Source of the DNA: Eledone cirrhosa
Lineage: Eukaryota
Assembly: GCA_964016885.1 (NCBI GenBank)
Contig: OZ024743.1
Location: 261,950,001 to 262,014,000, forward strand
DNA length: 64,000 bases
Reading direction: 5' to 3'
Numbering within the stretch: position 1 is the first letter of the stretch; each line of letters opens with the position of its first letter. The notes beneath the pieces are model-generated. The model did no database searches. It had not been told where the DNA came from and worked only from the letters and a program-made list of their open reading frames with translations. The position numbers and the translations under genes were made by a program. Below, piece after piece: positions 25,854 to 38,713 of this stretch.

Positions 25854-25920
25854 CTCGTTCAATGGCCATACTCGATAACGAGGGGGCAGCCATCATGTAT
25901 ATGTATGCATGTATGTATGT
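23873..25920 (+). mobile_element. 5'-truncated, frameshifted RTE LINE with three C-terminal C2H2 zinc fingers
   Basis: KGKGNRNDCGNYRGISLL, QSGFR, FVDLTKAFD, LYADD and FVYLGS are spread over three ORFs. C-terminus has CSVC..H..SH, CQAC..H..VH and CRRC..H fingers. Tail motif at 25860-25920. Confidence 0.92.
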
Positions 25921-27229
25921 ATAAGCAAATCCTTGTTTTGATTTTTTTAAAACTATAATCATCTGTATATTGCTGACTTAGTAGAATAAAAGAAAATCAA
26001 AAAATGAAAGCTACAAAATATTTGCAGATACTTATGAACTTTCATTATTACATAATCCAGGATTAACTTTATTTAAACCAAGGTTTAACTAAAATTTATA
26101 TATGAACCAAGGTTTAATTTAAATGGTAAAAAAAAAAAGGAAAAAATGGGGAAAATACAATCACCATTTTGATTTTATGTTTTAATTGTAGGAGAAGGAA
26201 GAAAAGGAGGAAGAAAAGGAGGAGGAGGAGGGGGTGGAAGGGGAGGAGGAATAAATATCCTAACAGTAGATGATTTTTGCTTTCCTTTACGTTTTTCACT
26301 ACTTTGTCTCTGTACTTTTAACGATGATGATGATGATGATGATGATAATGATGATAATGATGGTCATTATCATCATGATGGTAGTTGTTGATGGTGGTGA
26401 TGGTGACAATGACAACAACAATGACAATGTTGACAAATCAAGAGGAAGAGGAGGACAATTTTTGTTTACCTTTATTTTGCAACTGGTATATTTGGGAATG
26501 TGTGTGAGGGATGGGTTTGGGGTGGGGGAAGCATGAGAAGAGAATTTATTATTTTTTTAATTTTTTTATTTTTACACAACTATGTCCTTATAAATAGAGC
26601 TCCAGCATGAAGATTTGGCACCACTTTAGGTCCTGCTTGCCATGATGTCCAAGCAAATACTTGCAGTTTTTGTCTTCATTGGTGAGTTCTGACATCTTTT
26701 TCATTATCATCATTATCATCATCATCACCCTCATCAATGTTATTTTTAACAACATCATCATCATCATCATCATTATATTCTTCTTCACCCACTTATTCCT
26801 GAGAGGGTTGTGGTGAAAGAGTCCTCAAACAGTCCTTTGAGCGGGTCCTATCAGAAGCAACCGTCTCCAACCGCCTCCATTTCCTTTTCTACCTCATTGA
26901 TGCCACACGGTACTACAATGTCAACCAGCGACCAATATTTATTTTCTAGAGTTGGACAATATTTTTGCGACATATAGCTATGTCCCTTTACGTTCTGTGT
27001 TCGAATCCTGCCAAACTTAGCTTTGCTTTTCATCCTTACAGGGCCGATAAAATAAAGTACCAGTAATGCACTAGGGTCAATTTTATCGACTTTCCCCTCC
27101 CTCCAAATTGTTGACCTTGTGCCTAAATCAGAAACCATTACTATTTCCTTGGATAGCTGTACATTCCAGATCACATCTTGGGAGCTGGGTGGGTGATGGT
27201 TTATGACTCATATTTTCTTACCACTATAG

Positions 27230-27407
27230 CAGGATTTCCCAAACCTTTTCAAACGCAGAACCCTTTTTGGTTCAGAAACTTTTGGGGGAACCCTAAAGTC
27301 TAATATATGGTTGTAATATAAATATACTCCTCTACCTTTTTCACAGAACCCCAGACATTCCTTTGCAGAACCCTTGGGTTTTGTGGAACCTACTTTCGGA
27401 ACTATTG
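27230..27407. mobile_element. hAT-type MITE
   Basis: Degenerate CAGG.TTTCCCAAA terminal inverted repeats flanked by an 8-bp TSD (CACTATAG/CACTGTAG). Confidence 0.65.
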
Positions 27408-27749
27408 CACTGTAGATAACTCATGATATTTTGTTGTGAGTTTGAGAAAAAAAATAATAATGTATCCTATACACATATTCATATACACACAGTCAGTAAA
27501 ACCAATTAGAATATTTACATGTTATACAATCCTTTTACAAATGTATGCACATTTAAGTCAGAACTGAATACAAAATATAATGGATAAAGTGAAACCTTTG
27601 GTCCATGGATGTGCCACATACCAGATGCAATGTGGTTTGTTTCCCAAAAATTATTATTATGGTTCATTTTAGTAAATCCTAGATACTTAGATGTTAAGTG
27701 CTCTAGTTATTTCAATTAGGTAACAGTCAACAGCAATTTTACAAAGGTC

Positions 27750-28650
27750 CCTCACTGCATCCTCTCCATAAACAAGACTTTCCTTAATATCTTTACTGTA
27801 CTAAGTAGTGTTGTATTCTGCATGACTTGTAGCCTTGCATCAATTCTAATTCTATTTACACAGTCTTCAAAACTGTCCGATATGCATCCCGATGCTCCAA
27901 TCACCACTGGAATCAATAAAACCTTCTTCATCCCCCACAATTTCCTAACCTTCTCCTTCAGTGGCTCATATTTCTCCATCTTTTCATGCTCTTTATCCTT
28001 CACTCTCCTGTGATAGAGATATCGATATTTTGGGTCTCTTTTTTCTTCTTGTTCACAACTAAAATATCTGGCTTTCTTTCTTGCCTCAATCATTTATCAC
28101 ATTGAATATGGTGAAGTCCTTCAAAAGCTTAAATTTGTAATTCTCTAACATCCCTTCTGGTTTCTGCTCATACTATTTAATTATTCTGACAAACCCTCCT
28201 TTCTCAGATATCATCCAATAGATATATCTGACAACATCATTTGGTCATCTTTTGTACTCTCACTGTGCCAACTTAACACATTCACTTACAATATGGCTGA
28301 CTGTTTCTCCTTTTGCTCACCACATTTTACATAATGGTGATTTTATCATTTTGTCAACATGATGTTTAACCCGTTAGCATTTAAACTGGCCGTATCTGGC
28401 CAGAATTCTCTCACCCTTTTCTGTTCAAACTGGCTGAAACCGGCCACACATACTGATGTTAAGGTATTGTTCTCAAAATAAATAATATCAAAATCTCATA
28501 GATTCGATATTATCTGAGATAATTATGTGAGGTAAAGTGTTTACCATGAAAATACAATAGTAAATATAGAGTAATGTGAATGCTAAAGGGTTAATGTAAT
28601 TGGTTCAAAGAGCCTGCTCCTGGGTGTTGCACAACAAAGCCTAAGTGCAG
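27750..28650 (-). mobile_element. R4/Dong-like non-LTR retrotransposon C-terminal relic (CCHC knuckle plus restriction-like endonuclease)
   Basis: TNYIKHHVDK, ETVSHIVSEC and KEHEKMEKYEPL...PVVIGASG...ILRKVL motifs, interrupted by a MITE. Confidence 0.75.
28370..28590. mobile_element. piggyBac-type MITE
   Basis: TTAA-CCCGTTAGCATT...AATGCTAAAGGG-TTAA. Related pieces at ~34610-34740, 50070-50230 and 50290-50624. Confidence 0.8.
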
Positions 28651-28898
28651 TAATGATCTCTTAATTGACACCCTATCGAGTTATGTAACTTCAGATATAT
28701 ATTGTAGTAATGACTTGGTAGAGATATCCAAGGCATAAAGCTACTCAAGTTAAGGGTGCATATGTACGTATAATGCTCAGCCACTTACACATTAATTTCA
28801 TGAGAGGCAGTTCTGTTGATTGAATCAACAGGAACACTCATCATTGGGGAAGAAATGGACCTCTTTCATATGTATATATGTATGTATGTATGTATGTG

Positions 28899-28944
<46 letters not shown>

Positions 28945-29589
28945 ATATATATATATATATATATATATAAGTATAATTTCAGCTAGATCGACTCTTTATA
29001 ATATAACCACACTCTACTACTCCAAGTATTGAGTACTCTGTTGAGAAATGGTCTAACCAGTTTCAAACTGATTCTATCTTGATTTATAAATATGTATGTA
29101 TGTATACAAAAGGCGGAAGAATTCATAAGAGTCAACGGCCATCCAAAACTGTGTAAATATGTATATACATGTATGCATGTGTATATGTATATATGTATAT
29201 ACATGTATACATGTGTATGTACATGTGCGGTTAAACCACTGGGAGTGAAGAACCCCTAGCTTTTGTCAGGGCATTCTTCTAGAAGAAGGCAACTCAGGAA
29301 ACTGGGATAAATCCGATGTAAAACCTACGGCTCAGTAGTTACCGATGATGTTGATCTTTTCTTCTTTTTGGGTTATAGCTACTGCCGCTCAGAGAGTGGG
29401 ATTGGCTCAGTGCACAGTCTTTCATCACTTTTTAAAAAATCTTCACGCACAGGCATAGAATTAATTGATAATTATCAATAATGTTATATTGTGCAATGGC
29501 CATACTCGATAACAAGGGGGCAGCCATTATGTATGTATGTACATTTCCTCATATTTCAAATCATGTATTATTATTTTCTCTTGTTTTAG

Positions 29590-29631
29590 CTGTCATTGGG
29601 TATGTCCATACCCACATGAATGAGGAGAGGG
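29590..29631 (+). CDS. Mucin-like gene, short N-terminal exon (VIGYVHTHMNEER)
   Basis: Pyrimidine tract TTGTTTTAG acceptor, G|GTGAGT donor, 42 nt, phase 1-1, in frame with the next exon. Confidence 0.65.
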
Positions 29632-30362
29632 GTGAGTATTATTCAATTTTCATTTAATTCTTTGTTTATTTCTTTCTTTTTGTTTTGATATCTTTTGTTC
29701 TCTATGTGTCCCTTAATCCATTGTAATACACTGCTTCAATACAAAATAGTATAGGCATGGCTTAGTGGTAAAGCTGTTAGCTTCACAATGGTGAGGTCTG
29801 GGATTCAATCTTGCTGTAATGCATCTTGCACCAGAGTCTTTACTCTGGCTTCAGTTCATCCACTGCAAGCCTTATGAATGAAATTAGGTAGACAGATACT
29901 GTTTAGAAGCCTATTGGATGGTTTATACTTGTAATTCAAAGGTCCAGCTTTGTCACATATTCACATTGATTCAGTAAAGTGTAGATGTGTCGGTGGAATA
30001 CAGTCGAGGCTAAAAAGAAATCAAGCTAGTGTGTTCCGTTAGATGTGTAATGTTAGCATGCATGAAAGACAAAACATAGACGAGTTGAAAAAAAAATCTG
30101 GGCATATAGATGATGATTGTAGAAGAAAGAACCAAGAGTTCCTAGTTTATATATATTTTCATATACACCTCTTTTATGCTTAAATGCTGTCTTAGTGCCA
30201 CTGCCAGTTAAATATAACCAACCAAGTTTGCACTAAATGCAATTGAGTATTTCCAGCTGATGTTTTCAATTTGCTATATGCAAATGAGTATCTCCAACAA
30301 ATGTTAATCACACAAAATTCTATATAGACTCTAGTCTACTTCCATGCCAGTACAGGCTGAGT

Positions 30363-30416
30363 GAGTGTCACTGATGAAAGATTAAAAAAATCTTGAAACA
30401 GTGCTGTCTGACATTC
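30363..30416 (+). ncRNA. Canonical type I hammerhead ribozyme motif
   Basis: gagtgtca-CTGATGA-aagatt(aaaaa)aatctt-GAAA-CAG(tg)CTGT-C-tgacattc: full core, GUC site, 8-bp stem I extended by TGCCAGTACA/TGTACTGGCA. Confidence 0.85.
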
Positions 30417-30627
30417 TCAAAATGTACTGGCAATTCTGTGATGTACTCACAGAAAATTTTCATTACGAAAAATGTTTTTTCTTTGATAGCAATGCTACCC
30501 ATATGCTTATTTTATATATAGATTATGATAAACATATAATATATATTTATATATCTTTTCATATACACCTCTATTATGTTTAAATTCTGTCTTGGTGCTA
30601 TTACCAATCAAATATACACACACACAC

Positions 30628-30679
<52 letters not shown>

Positions 30680-31277
30680 AATCATCATCATCACCGTTTA
30701 ATGTCCATTTTTCAATGCTAGCATGGGTTAGATGAGTTGTGAGACAAGTCAGATCAGGTGACCATGCATTGCTCATACAGAACTGGTTCTGGCTTGGTTT
30801 CTATGGCTGGATGTCCTTCCTTGTGCCAACCACATTTACAGTGTGTACTGGGTGCTTTTTGTCATGACAGCTACACAACCACTTTACTTTATTCTTATAT
30901 ATATATATATATATATAAGTATACAGGATGATGTACTGAAGCACAGAGATGCTATAAAAATAGCTTATAAAATAGGGTGAAGGCCCTTAAAATATGGAAA
31001 AAGACACACACACACACATATATATAAATCAATATTTGGTGTGAAATTATATTTGGTAATACTTTAATGAATAATTTGCACCACGCGTAATTATTTTTAA
31101 TACATTAGGATTTCGTACACATGGTTGTTAGAAAAATGTTTTTAAGGAAGTATGTATGATACATAGCCTTATGTACAGTTTATTATGATATATTACCGTA
31201 TTTTGAGCTGATTTAACTTCTCCACCTACTTCTTTCTAGTTTTTATATTTGAAAACGAAATTCTTTATATACATACA

Positions 31278-32710
31278 TCTATACATATATATAAAACTGA
31301 AATTGTCTGTGTGTGTGTGTCCTAATTTTTGCAAAGTCTATACAAATCCACATTTCTACTCCGATTGACTTCAAACTTGCATTTATATTCCTTGCGGTCT
31401 AAAGATATTAACTGCAGCTTTTATTTTTCAATTTTCTGTTGTTAAAGGGGTGTTAGACACCGGTTAGCGATCTCTCTCTCTTTCTTAGTCTGTCTTTTTA
31501 GATAGATACATAGCTATAACGTCGCGCTCTTATAATATCTGTCTGTATGTCTAGCTGTCTGCATTACGACATTATGAAAACATTGTTCTCATTGCTGACG
31601 TATTATCTTCGCTATATTCCGTTCACTGCCAGGGAACGTCTTCACGAACCAAAGTATCGTCTTCCTGTTTTCCTTCGGTTGCAACGTTTTACGAAATATT
31701 TACTTCTGCGTTCACAGATTGATTTTTTTAGTTTCAGAAAATCCCGTTAAGGGTGAAAGCAGCGATTCTTTGCTTAAACTTTAATCTGTTATTTTAATAT
31801 ATATATATATATAATTATATATTCGTGTACAGATATTTTTGCATACGCAAAAACAAAATATAAACAAACGTATTTATTTCACGAAAGCACAGACGGCTTA
31901 TCGTCATTGTTACTGCCGATATGCCACCCAAAAAGTCCCACTACTTTTGGCACAAGGCCAGCAATTACATAGTCAACGGTTCGGAAATCACATGCATCAC
32001 TGACGAGTTTACTCCTTACTCTACCAGTTAGTCTTAGTGTACTTTGTCCTGCTTTTAGCTCATGCCTCGGAGGATGAGATACTCCATTGGCCGAAATACT
32101 GTGAAAGAGGCAAGAAAAAGAACAAGGCAGGCAAACAAATCGTCAGTGGAATCTGCTATTCGCCGGTCGCAAGATGCTGAACATACTGCCATCAGAAGAG
32201 CACTTGAAACAGACAACCAACGAACCATTTGCCGAACCGTGCTAGCTTTGCAATGTCTATCAACAAATCCCAGGGTCAGACCCAAGCTGTTGCTGGTCTT
32301 CTTTTGGAAGAGTCATGTTTTTCACATGGGCAACTATACATTGGCTGCTCAAGAGTGGGAAGCAAAACAAATCTATTTGCATATGCCCGACATGGAAGAA
32401 CAAGGAACATTGTGTACACGGAGGTGCTACAATCATTGTTTAGGTAGATGAGGTAGAAGGGGATATACACGATTGGCTGAAGAAGGATGAGACTGTGTTA
32501 ATAGTACGACCAACGGCTGCTATCACACCAACAGCAACAAAAACAAAAAATTTTGAAAAATCTTAATGGAAAATTATTTGCCTCAGCACAAAATGTAGAC
32601 ACCATCCCCAGGCCGAGGTATTCCGTACTTCTCTGTACTGTTTCAGAAAGGAGGGATAAACATGCCAATCTATGTTTAGAAGCCCGAGCAACGCCGGGCC
32701 ATTCTGTTAG
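31278..32710 (+). mobile_element. Internally deleted Helitron with a PIF1-helicase C-terminal remnant
   Basis: A|TC 5' end; CCCGAGCAACGCCGGG hairpin and TTAG|T 3' end. 32229-32447 encodes FAMSINKSQGQT...FSHGQLY..CSRVG...TRNIVYTEVL. Confidence 0.88.
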
Positions 32711-32839
32711 TATATATATATATGAAATTAAGAAAATTAGATTATATACCTACTACAAGTTTCTCTGAGTTTTACCTATATATATATGTATTTATTTGTT
32801 TATTTGTTTATTTATTTAATTATTATTGATTTATTGTAG

Positions 32840-33073
32840 AGACGGTCACTGACTGGTTTATAAAAGTCAGAAAAGCTTCAATCCGTGGTGAGCTACTGAA
32901 AAAAATGCGCTCAAGAAATCCAGAAAATTGTGCTTTAAAATGTCTTGAAATGGAAGATTGTAAATCTTTTGAGTTTAAAATAAATCGGAGAAAGTGCTAC
33001 CTCTTTGCAAATGATGCTTCTACAGAGACTCTGAGGAGAAAACGTAGATCCACTTTCTACCAACTAGAGAATG
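32840..33073 (+). CDS. Mucin-like gene exon: PAN/Apple domain 1
   Basis: TTGTAG acceptor, G|GTATAG donor, 234 nt, phase 1-1. CALKCLEMEDCKSFEF...CYL...FYQ fits the PAN pattern (C-x3-C-x5-C-x-S-F-x-F...C-x-L). Confidence 0.88.
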
Positions 33074-33097
33074 GTATAGAACAAATATTATGTTTAT

Positions 33098-33123
33098 AAT
33101 TGTTGTTGATGATGATGGTAATA

Positions 33124-33158
<35 letters not shown>

Positions 33159-33400
33159 ATTGTTGTTGATGCTGTTGTTGTTGATGCTGTTGTTGTTGAT
33201 GGTGTTGTTGTTGATGTTGATATTGTTGATGTTATTGTTGGTGTTGTTGAAGTTGTTGATGTTGTTGTTTTTTGTTGTTGATGTTGTTGTTATTGATGTT
33301 GATGGTAAAAATATTACTATTGTTGTTGTTGTTGTTGATGATGTTGTTGTTGTTGTTGTTGTTGATGATGTTATTGTTATTGATGTTCCTTTTGATGTTA
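33098..33400. repeat. (GTT/GAT)n microsatellite
   Basis: Direct reading. Confidence 0.95.
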
Positions 33401-34344
33401 GTGTTATTGGCAGTGACGATAATGAGGATGTTGATTATCCCCCTCCACTGGATAGATATATAATCAAAGGCTATCCACCTATGGCCATCTTGTTTTTGTG
33501 TATCAAGGTCTATCTACACTATTTAATATGCCCTTTTGTGGTTGTTATTGTTGATGATGATGATGGTGTTGATGGCAGTGGTGGAGGTGGGGATGATAAT
33601 TATACTGTTGATTAGCTCCAAGTCTGTCCTTGGTGAGCAGACACATGAAAAAATGCTATCCTACTGTGACCAACCTGCCATTTTTTCTGTTTCAAGATCA
33701 TCCCTCAAATGGGTTCTTGTTTTTGTTATTATCATCCTTGTTGTTGTTGTTGCAGTTGGCATTGTTGTTGCTCTTGGTCAGTATTGATTACATGTGGAGA
33801 CGCATGGACTAGTGGTAAGGGTGTTGGACTTATGAGTTTGATTCCGAGACAGGGTTGTGTGTGGTGTTCTCGAGCAAAACACTTCATGTCCCATTGCTCC
33901 AATATACTCAGTTGAAAATGAGTACCAACAGTAGGGGATCAAAACTCTGTTTTTCTTTCTACTCACTAGGATTTTGGTCTTTGCCAGATTGACTTTAAGG
34001 CCTTTTGTTTCCAAGATACACCACCATGTCTGAAATTTCTTCTCTAATTCTGTCATAGATTCAGCTAAGAGGGTCAGTTCATTGGTGTATAGGAGTTTCC
34101 ATGGGCAACCAGTCTTAAATTCCTCTGCAGGACAATAATGATGTGTATAAAATTTAAACATAGTGTTTATATACATTGTTTGGTCTTCCAATCATTTAAA
34201 ATCATTCCAATCATTTAAAATTATTATGCTGACACAATGCTTTCAGAAACTGCCTTGAAACTTAATAATACATAACTAATTATTATTGTAATATTTGTGT
34301 ATTAATTGTTTATTGTTGTTTTTATTTTTACTTTCTTAAAAAAG

Positions 34345-34572
34345 AAAATGGTGTTAATACATTACTTGGAGCATACATAAAACGGATGAATGACCTCCGT
34401 AAAATTAGACGAACTACTCTCAGTGTGTGCAAACAAGCATGTCATATACATCCTAAATGTCGCTCAATTGAATATAACATCCGCAGACGAAGATGCCATT
34501 TGTCTAGTGCCACACATCAGAGTTTCCGCCTTAAAGTGAGTCGCAGAGGCTGGAATTATTATGAATTTAATC
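34345..34572 (+). CDS. Mucin-like gene exon: PAN/Apple domain 2
   Basis: AAAG acceptor after a pyrimidine tract, C|GTGAGT donor, 228 nt, phase 1-1. Encodes CKQACHIHPKCRSIEY...CHLS...WNYYE. Confidence 0.86.
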
Positions 34573-34879
34573 GTGAGTATTGTATTGTTTTTAAACATGA
34601 TTAGCCATTTAACCGTTTAGCATTTACATTATTCCATATATACTATTTTATTTTCGCAGTAAAGGCTTTACCTCACATAATTATCTCACATAATATTGAA
34701 TCTATCAGATCTTGGTATTATTTATTTTGAGAACAATACCTGTTTCTAGTATTTTTACCACATAGTCAGAGAGGGAAGGGCAGTGAACATAACCTTTCAT
34801 CTTTCAAGGCCTCTGAGACTCATGGGAAGGAGAGAGAAAGCTTGCAAAAGTGTTAAGCCTGCTAAAAGCACCCAAATAC

Positions 34880-35322
34880 TAGGCGGTGGTGTTAAACAGG
34901 GTAACACATTAAGTGTACCACCCAAATAATAGGCAGTTGTGTTCAACTGGGTGATAGATTACGTCTACCACCCAAGGACTAGGTGGTGGTTTTCAACTAG
35001 GTGACAGATTATGTCTACCACCTAAGGGCCAGGTGATGGTGTTAAACTGGGTGACAGATTAAGTCTACCACCAAGAGACCAAGTGGCAGTGTTAAATTAT
35101 GTGATGGATTAAGTCTACCACCCAAGGACCAAGTGGTGATGTTCAACTGGGTGACAGATTATGTCTACTACCCAAGGACCAGGTGGTGATGTTCAACTGG
35201 GTGATAGAATAAGTTTACCACCCAGAGACAAGGTGGTGGTGTTAAAGCAGGTGACAGATTAAGTTTACCATTCAGAGACCTGATAGTGGTGTTAAATTAT
35301 GGTATAGATTAAGTCTACCACT
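34880..35322. repeat. 50-bp minisatellite, ~9 copies
   Basis: Consensus close to AGGTGGTGGTGTTAAACTGGGTGACAGATTAAGTCTACCACCCAAGGACC. Confidence 0.9.
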
Positions 35323-36019
35323 GAAACACCACAAGACATCTTATCTGATGCTCTATCAATTCTGCTAATTCACTGCCGTGACTGCTAGTTTATTTATTAA
35401 TCCTGAAAGAAAGGGGGTGGTGGCAACAAGAAGAAAGTAAGAGTTGACCTTGTTAATGATTAACTTCAGAGTGCAGAGTGCCAGAACAAATACCACTTCA
35501 GAGTGCAGAGTGCCAGAACAAATACCACAAAATATTTTTTTCCTGCATTTTGATAGTTCTGCCAATTTGCCACATTTCAATGCCAGAAATGTATATTTCT
35601 GTACATTTATTTAGCAATTAATTCTCTAACACCTCAACAAATTTCAACAGCGCTACACTTCTATCTTCTGATGATGCTAAAAAGCAAATCAGAAACATGT
35701 CTGCAGTGTTGTTTTTTCTTTTTCTGGGAAAAAGTCAAAAATATAATATTGGTTATCAACTAATTTATTTTACTATAGTTCCATTGTATTGTATATACTG
35801 ATAGTTGCTTATTTAGTATTAAAGTAGGCTAAGTCAGGTGAGATATATATATTGCCTTCTAAACAGGGGAACAATGTATCACATGTAAGATTCTAAGGAA
35901 ACTTAATATTTATATAGAAAAAGAAACAAATACTTGCAGTGAAATCAAATACTGACCTTAAGATATATAAACTAGAAGTTGAATATACATTTCTTTCAGT
36001 TCTATAAGTTACATCATTA

Positions 36020-37260
36020 CCATCATCATCATCCTCATGAGCATCAGCATCATTTAATGTCTGTACTCAAGCAAAGTTACTGAACTCTCTGATGGGCTGG
36101 ATAAGGGAAGAGAGGTACTGCTTCCTGCTGACATACTGTCTCACACTCTACTGAGTGCATTTTATTGTGACATCAGTACTAGGAAGGTTGTTATGCTTTT
36201 GACATAGCTGAAGGGTCCTCACTACCTTTTGTTTGGCAAGCTTTCTATGGCTGGGTGCCCTTCCAATCACTAACCACTTTATGCCATGTACTAAGCATAC
36301 TTATCATGTAGATCACCAACACTAAGTGGGTTGTCATGTCTTTGACACAACTGAGGGGTCATCCTGTGTCTTTGTTTGGCAAGCTTTCTATAGTCAGATG
36401 TCCTTCCCACCACCAATCACTTTGCAGCATATATTGGGTGCATTTATCATATAGATCACCAACACTAAAGAGATTGTTGCATCAGTAATACAACTGATGG
36501 GTCTTCTTGACCCTTTTTTTTGCATAGTTTCTACAACTGTATGCCCTTCCAATTGCCAACCAGCTTATGGGATGTACTGGGTGCATTTTTGTGGCACCAA
36601 CACTAAAGAGGTTGTTGATTATTGATCTAACGGAAGAGCCCTCTTTACTGTGGGAGGGAGGGAGGGAGAAGGAAGATAAGTAGGTTGTTATGGGTGTATG
36701 GCAAGTGTGGTGGGATTTGATAGGGCCATGAGCAGGGAGGAGGGGTAACCTCTGATAGCATAGAGGGTGTAGTCACATTTTAGAAGAGATGGATGTAATG
36801 ATGGTGAGAGGACATGGATGAGGTGGTCGATAGTGTGGGAGGTACTCACTTGTGTGTCAGGGTTTTGGAGTGGGTGTAGGAATGATGAGAATAGCTAAGG
36901 AGGGATAGTGGAGGATGGGGGAGCACAGGGTTGAGTCAGGTCACATTTATGCCGGTAGGAAGGTTTTCTTCAGTCCAGCATGTCCTCAATTCTCATAGTC
37001 CTTTGTTACCACCATTAAGGTTGGTTTTCACAACCTCATCCTAGGTCTTCTTGGGTTTGTCTCTTCACGGATCGCAGCCACTGAGAATTTTCCACATTTT
37101 TCTATACAGCTGCCATTTTCCATACACATCCCATGTCCATACCAATGCAGTCTTCTCTCTTGTGTACTACATCCAATTCCTCTTATGACAAATTTTTCTC
37201 TCAGTTTGCTCACACTATGTCATTCATGCACACTACCATCACACATCAATCAGAGCGTGT
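36020..37260 (-). mobile_element. Old RTE LINE 3' relic with tandemly repeated 3'UTR module
   Basis: ORF 37028-37213 reads QERRLHWYGH. Three to four diverged TTTCTA..GCTGG.TGCCCTTCC modules follow. Confidence 0.7.
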
Positions 37261-38713
37261 TCACTTTATTTCAATCAAAGCATAAGAAAAAAAAAGTTAA
37301 TTTACAAGTAATAGCTACCTTATATCATCATCATCATCATCATCGTTTAATGTCCATTTTCCATGCTAGCATGGGTTAGACGGGAGTTGTCTCACTTGAG
37401 GCAAGGTTGGTCAGGTGACCGTGTCTCGCTCATATAGGACTATCTGGCGGGTTTTCTACGGCTGGATGCCCTTCCTAACACCAACCACATTTAAAGTGTG
37501 GAACTGGGAACTTTTTACCGTGTTACCTACACGACCACATTACAGCGTGGACTGTGCGTTTTTTTTTTGTCGTGACACCTACATGATCTCGATCTTATTT
37601 ATTTGGACTGGATGTTGTGGTACCAACTTTACAGAGAGAGGGTGGTGTTGGTGGGAGTGGGAGGATATTTGGATAAGAAGTGCCTACTGACTGTAGGTTT
37701 CGCTTTGTACATAGGCAAGGCTGGTCGTTCGCGCACGTGCGTGCGTGCGTGCGTGCGTGCATGCGTGTGTATGGTGTGGTGTGTCACTTAAAATTTGTAC
37801 ATGCAAATATATAATTTCCTATATCTGTCACTTTGTTACAATAGGAAGTTTGCTTTCCAATCACAAAGTCCTGGGTTCTAGCCATGCATTTGTACTTGTA
37901 AAATAGTTATTTCTCCAAAGTTACTCATATATTTAATCCTGGATGTCATTTGTACATATATGCTGAACATTTGTGTAATTATATCCTAGAAATAAATTAT
38001 TAAAATATCATTTTAAACTTTAATCACTTCCAATGTGTCAGTATTCAACATAAACTATAAGGTTTCCTTAAACAAACCATAAGTACACAAAAATAGTTTT
38101 ATGGCCATTTGCTCAGTTAATTTTGCAGGCTCCATGAGGATCTTCTCCATTTTGCCTTATTGCCTGCATCCCTACCACCTTTCATTTCCTTCATCTTGAG
38201 TCATGTCTTTGACTGTTCCTTCTAGTACCTTTCACATTCCTAAACACATAGCCCAACTATCTCATTCTATTTCTTTTTGCAACATTCATCACGAGCTCTA
38301 TACCCATCCTCCTCTGATTAATACTCTGCTCATCAACTGAACCATTCTCGTTTGTTTTTTTCATCCTTCTCTGTTCTACGTTCACTCATGTCTCACTTCC
38401 ATAAATCATTGCACTTCTCACATATGCAGCATACATCTTTCACTTTAGTTTCAGCAACATACTCATCAACATGCTACTCAGTTCCTGGAACGTTTATGTA
38501 CATCTGACTCTAGACACTCATAGAGTCTGATCCACCTTCTCCATTTCTCATAAGTTAACAAAATGTTTTCACACATTCTGTCTACGCTGTTTCCAAGACC
38601 CAGCTCAACACCCTCTCCCTCTGTAGCCCCCCATATACACTTTATACTTAAATGTTGATACCACATTATTTAAAAATCCCTTCACAATTGTGTTTATTTG
38701 TCTTTTCCTATAG

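Noticed and set aside
34880-35322. CRISPR-like array
   Set aside because: Pure tandem repeat with no unique spacers, in a eukaryotic context with no cas genes.
35668-35705. Hammerhead-like CTGATGA...GAAACATGTC
   Set aside because: No adjacent stem I and extra bases after stem II. Similar incomplete cores at ~317-375, 14029, 22535, 29038 and 59850 were also not called.
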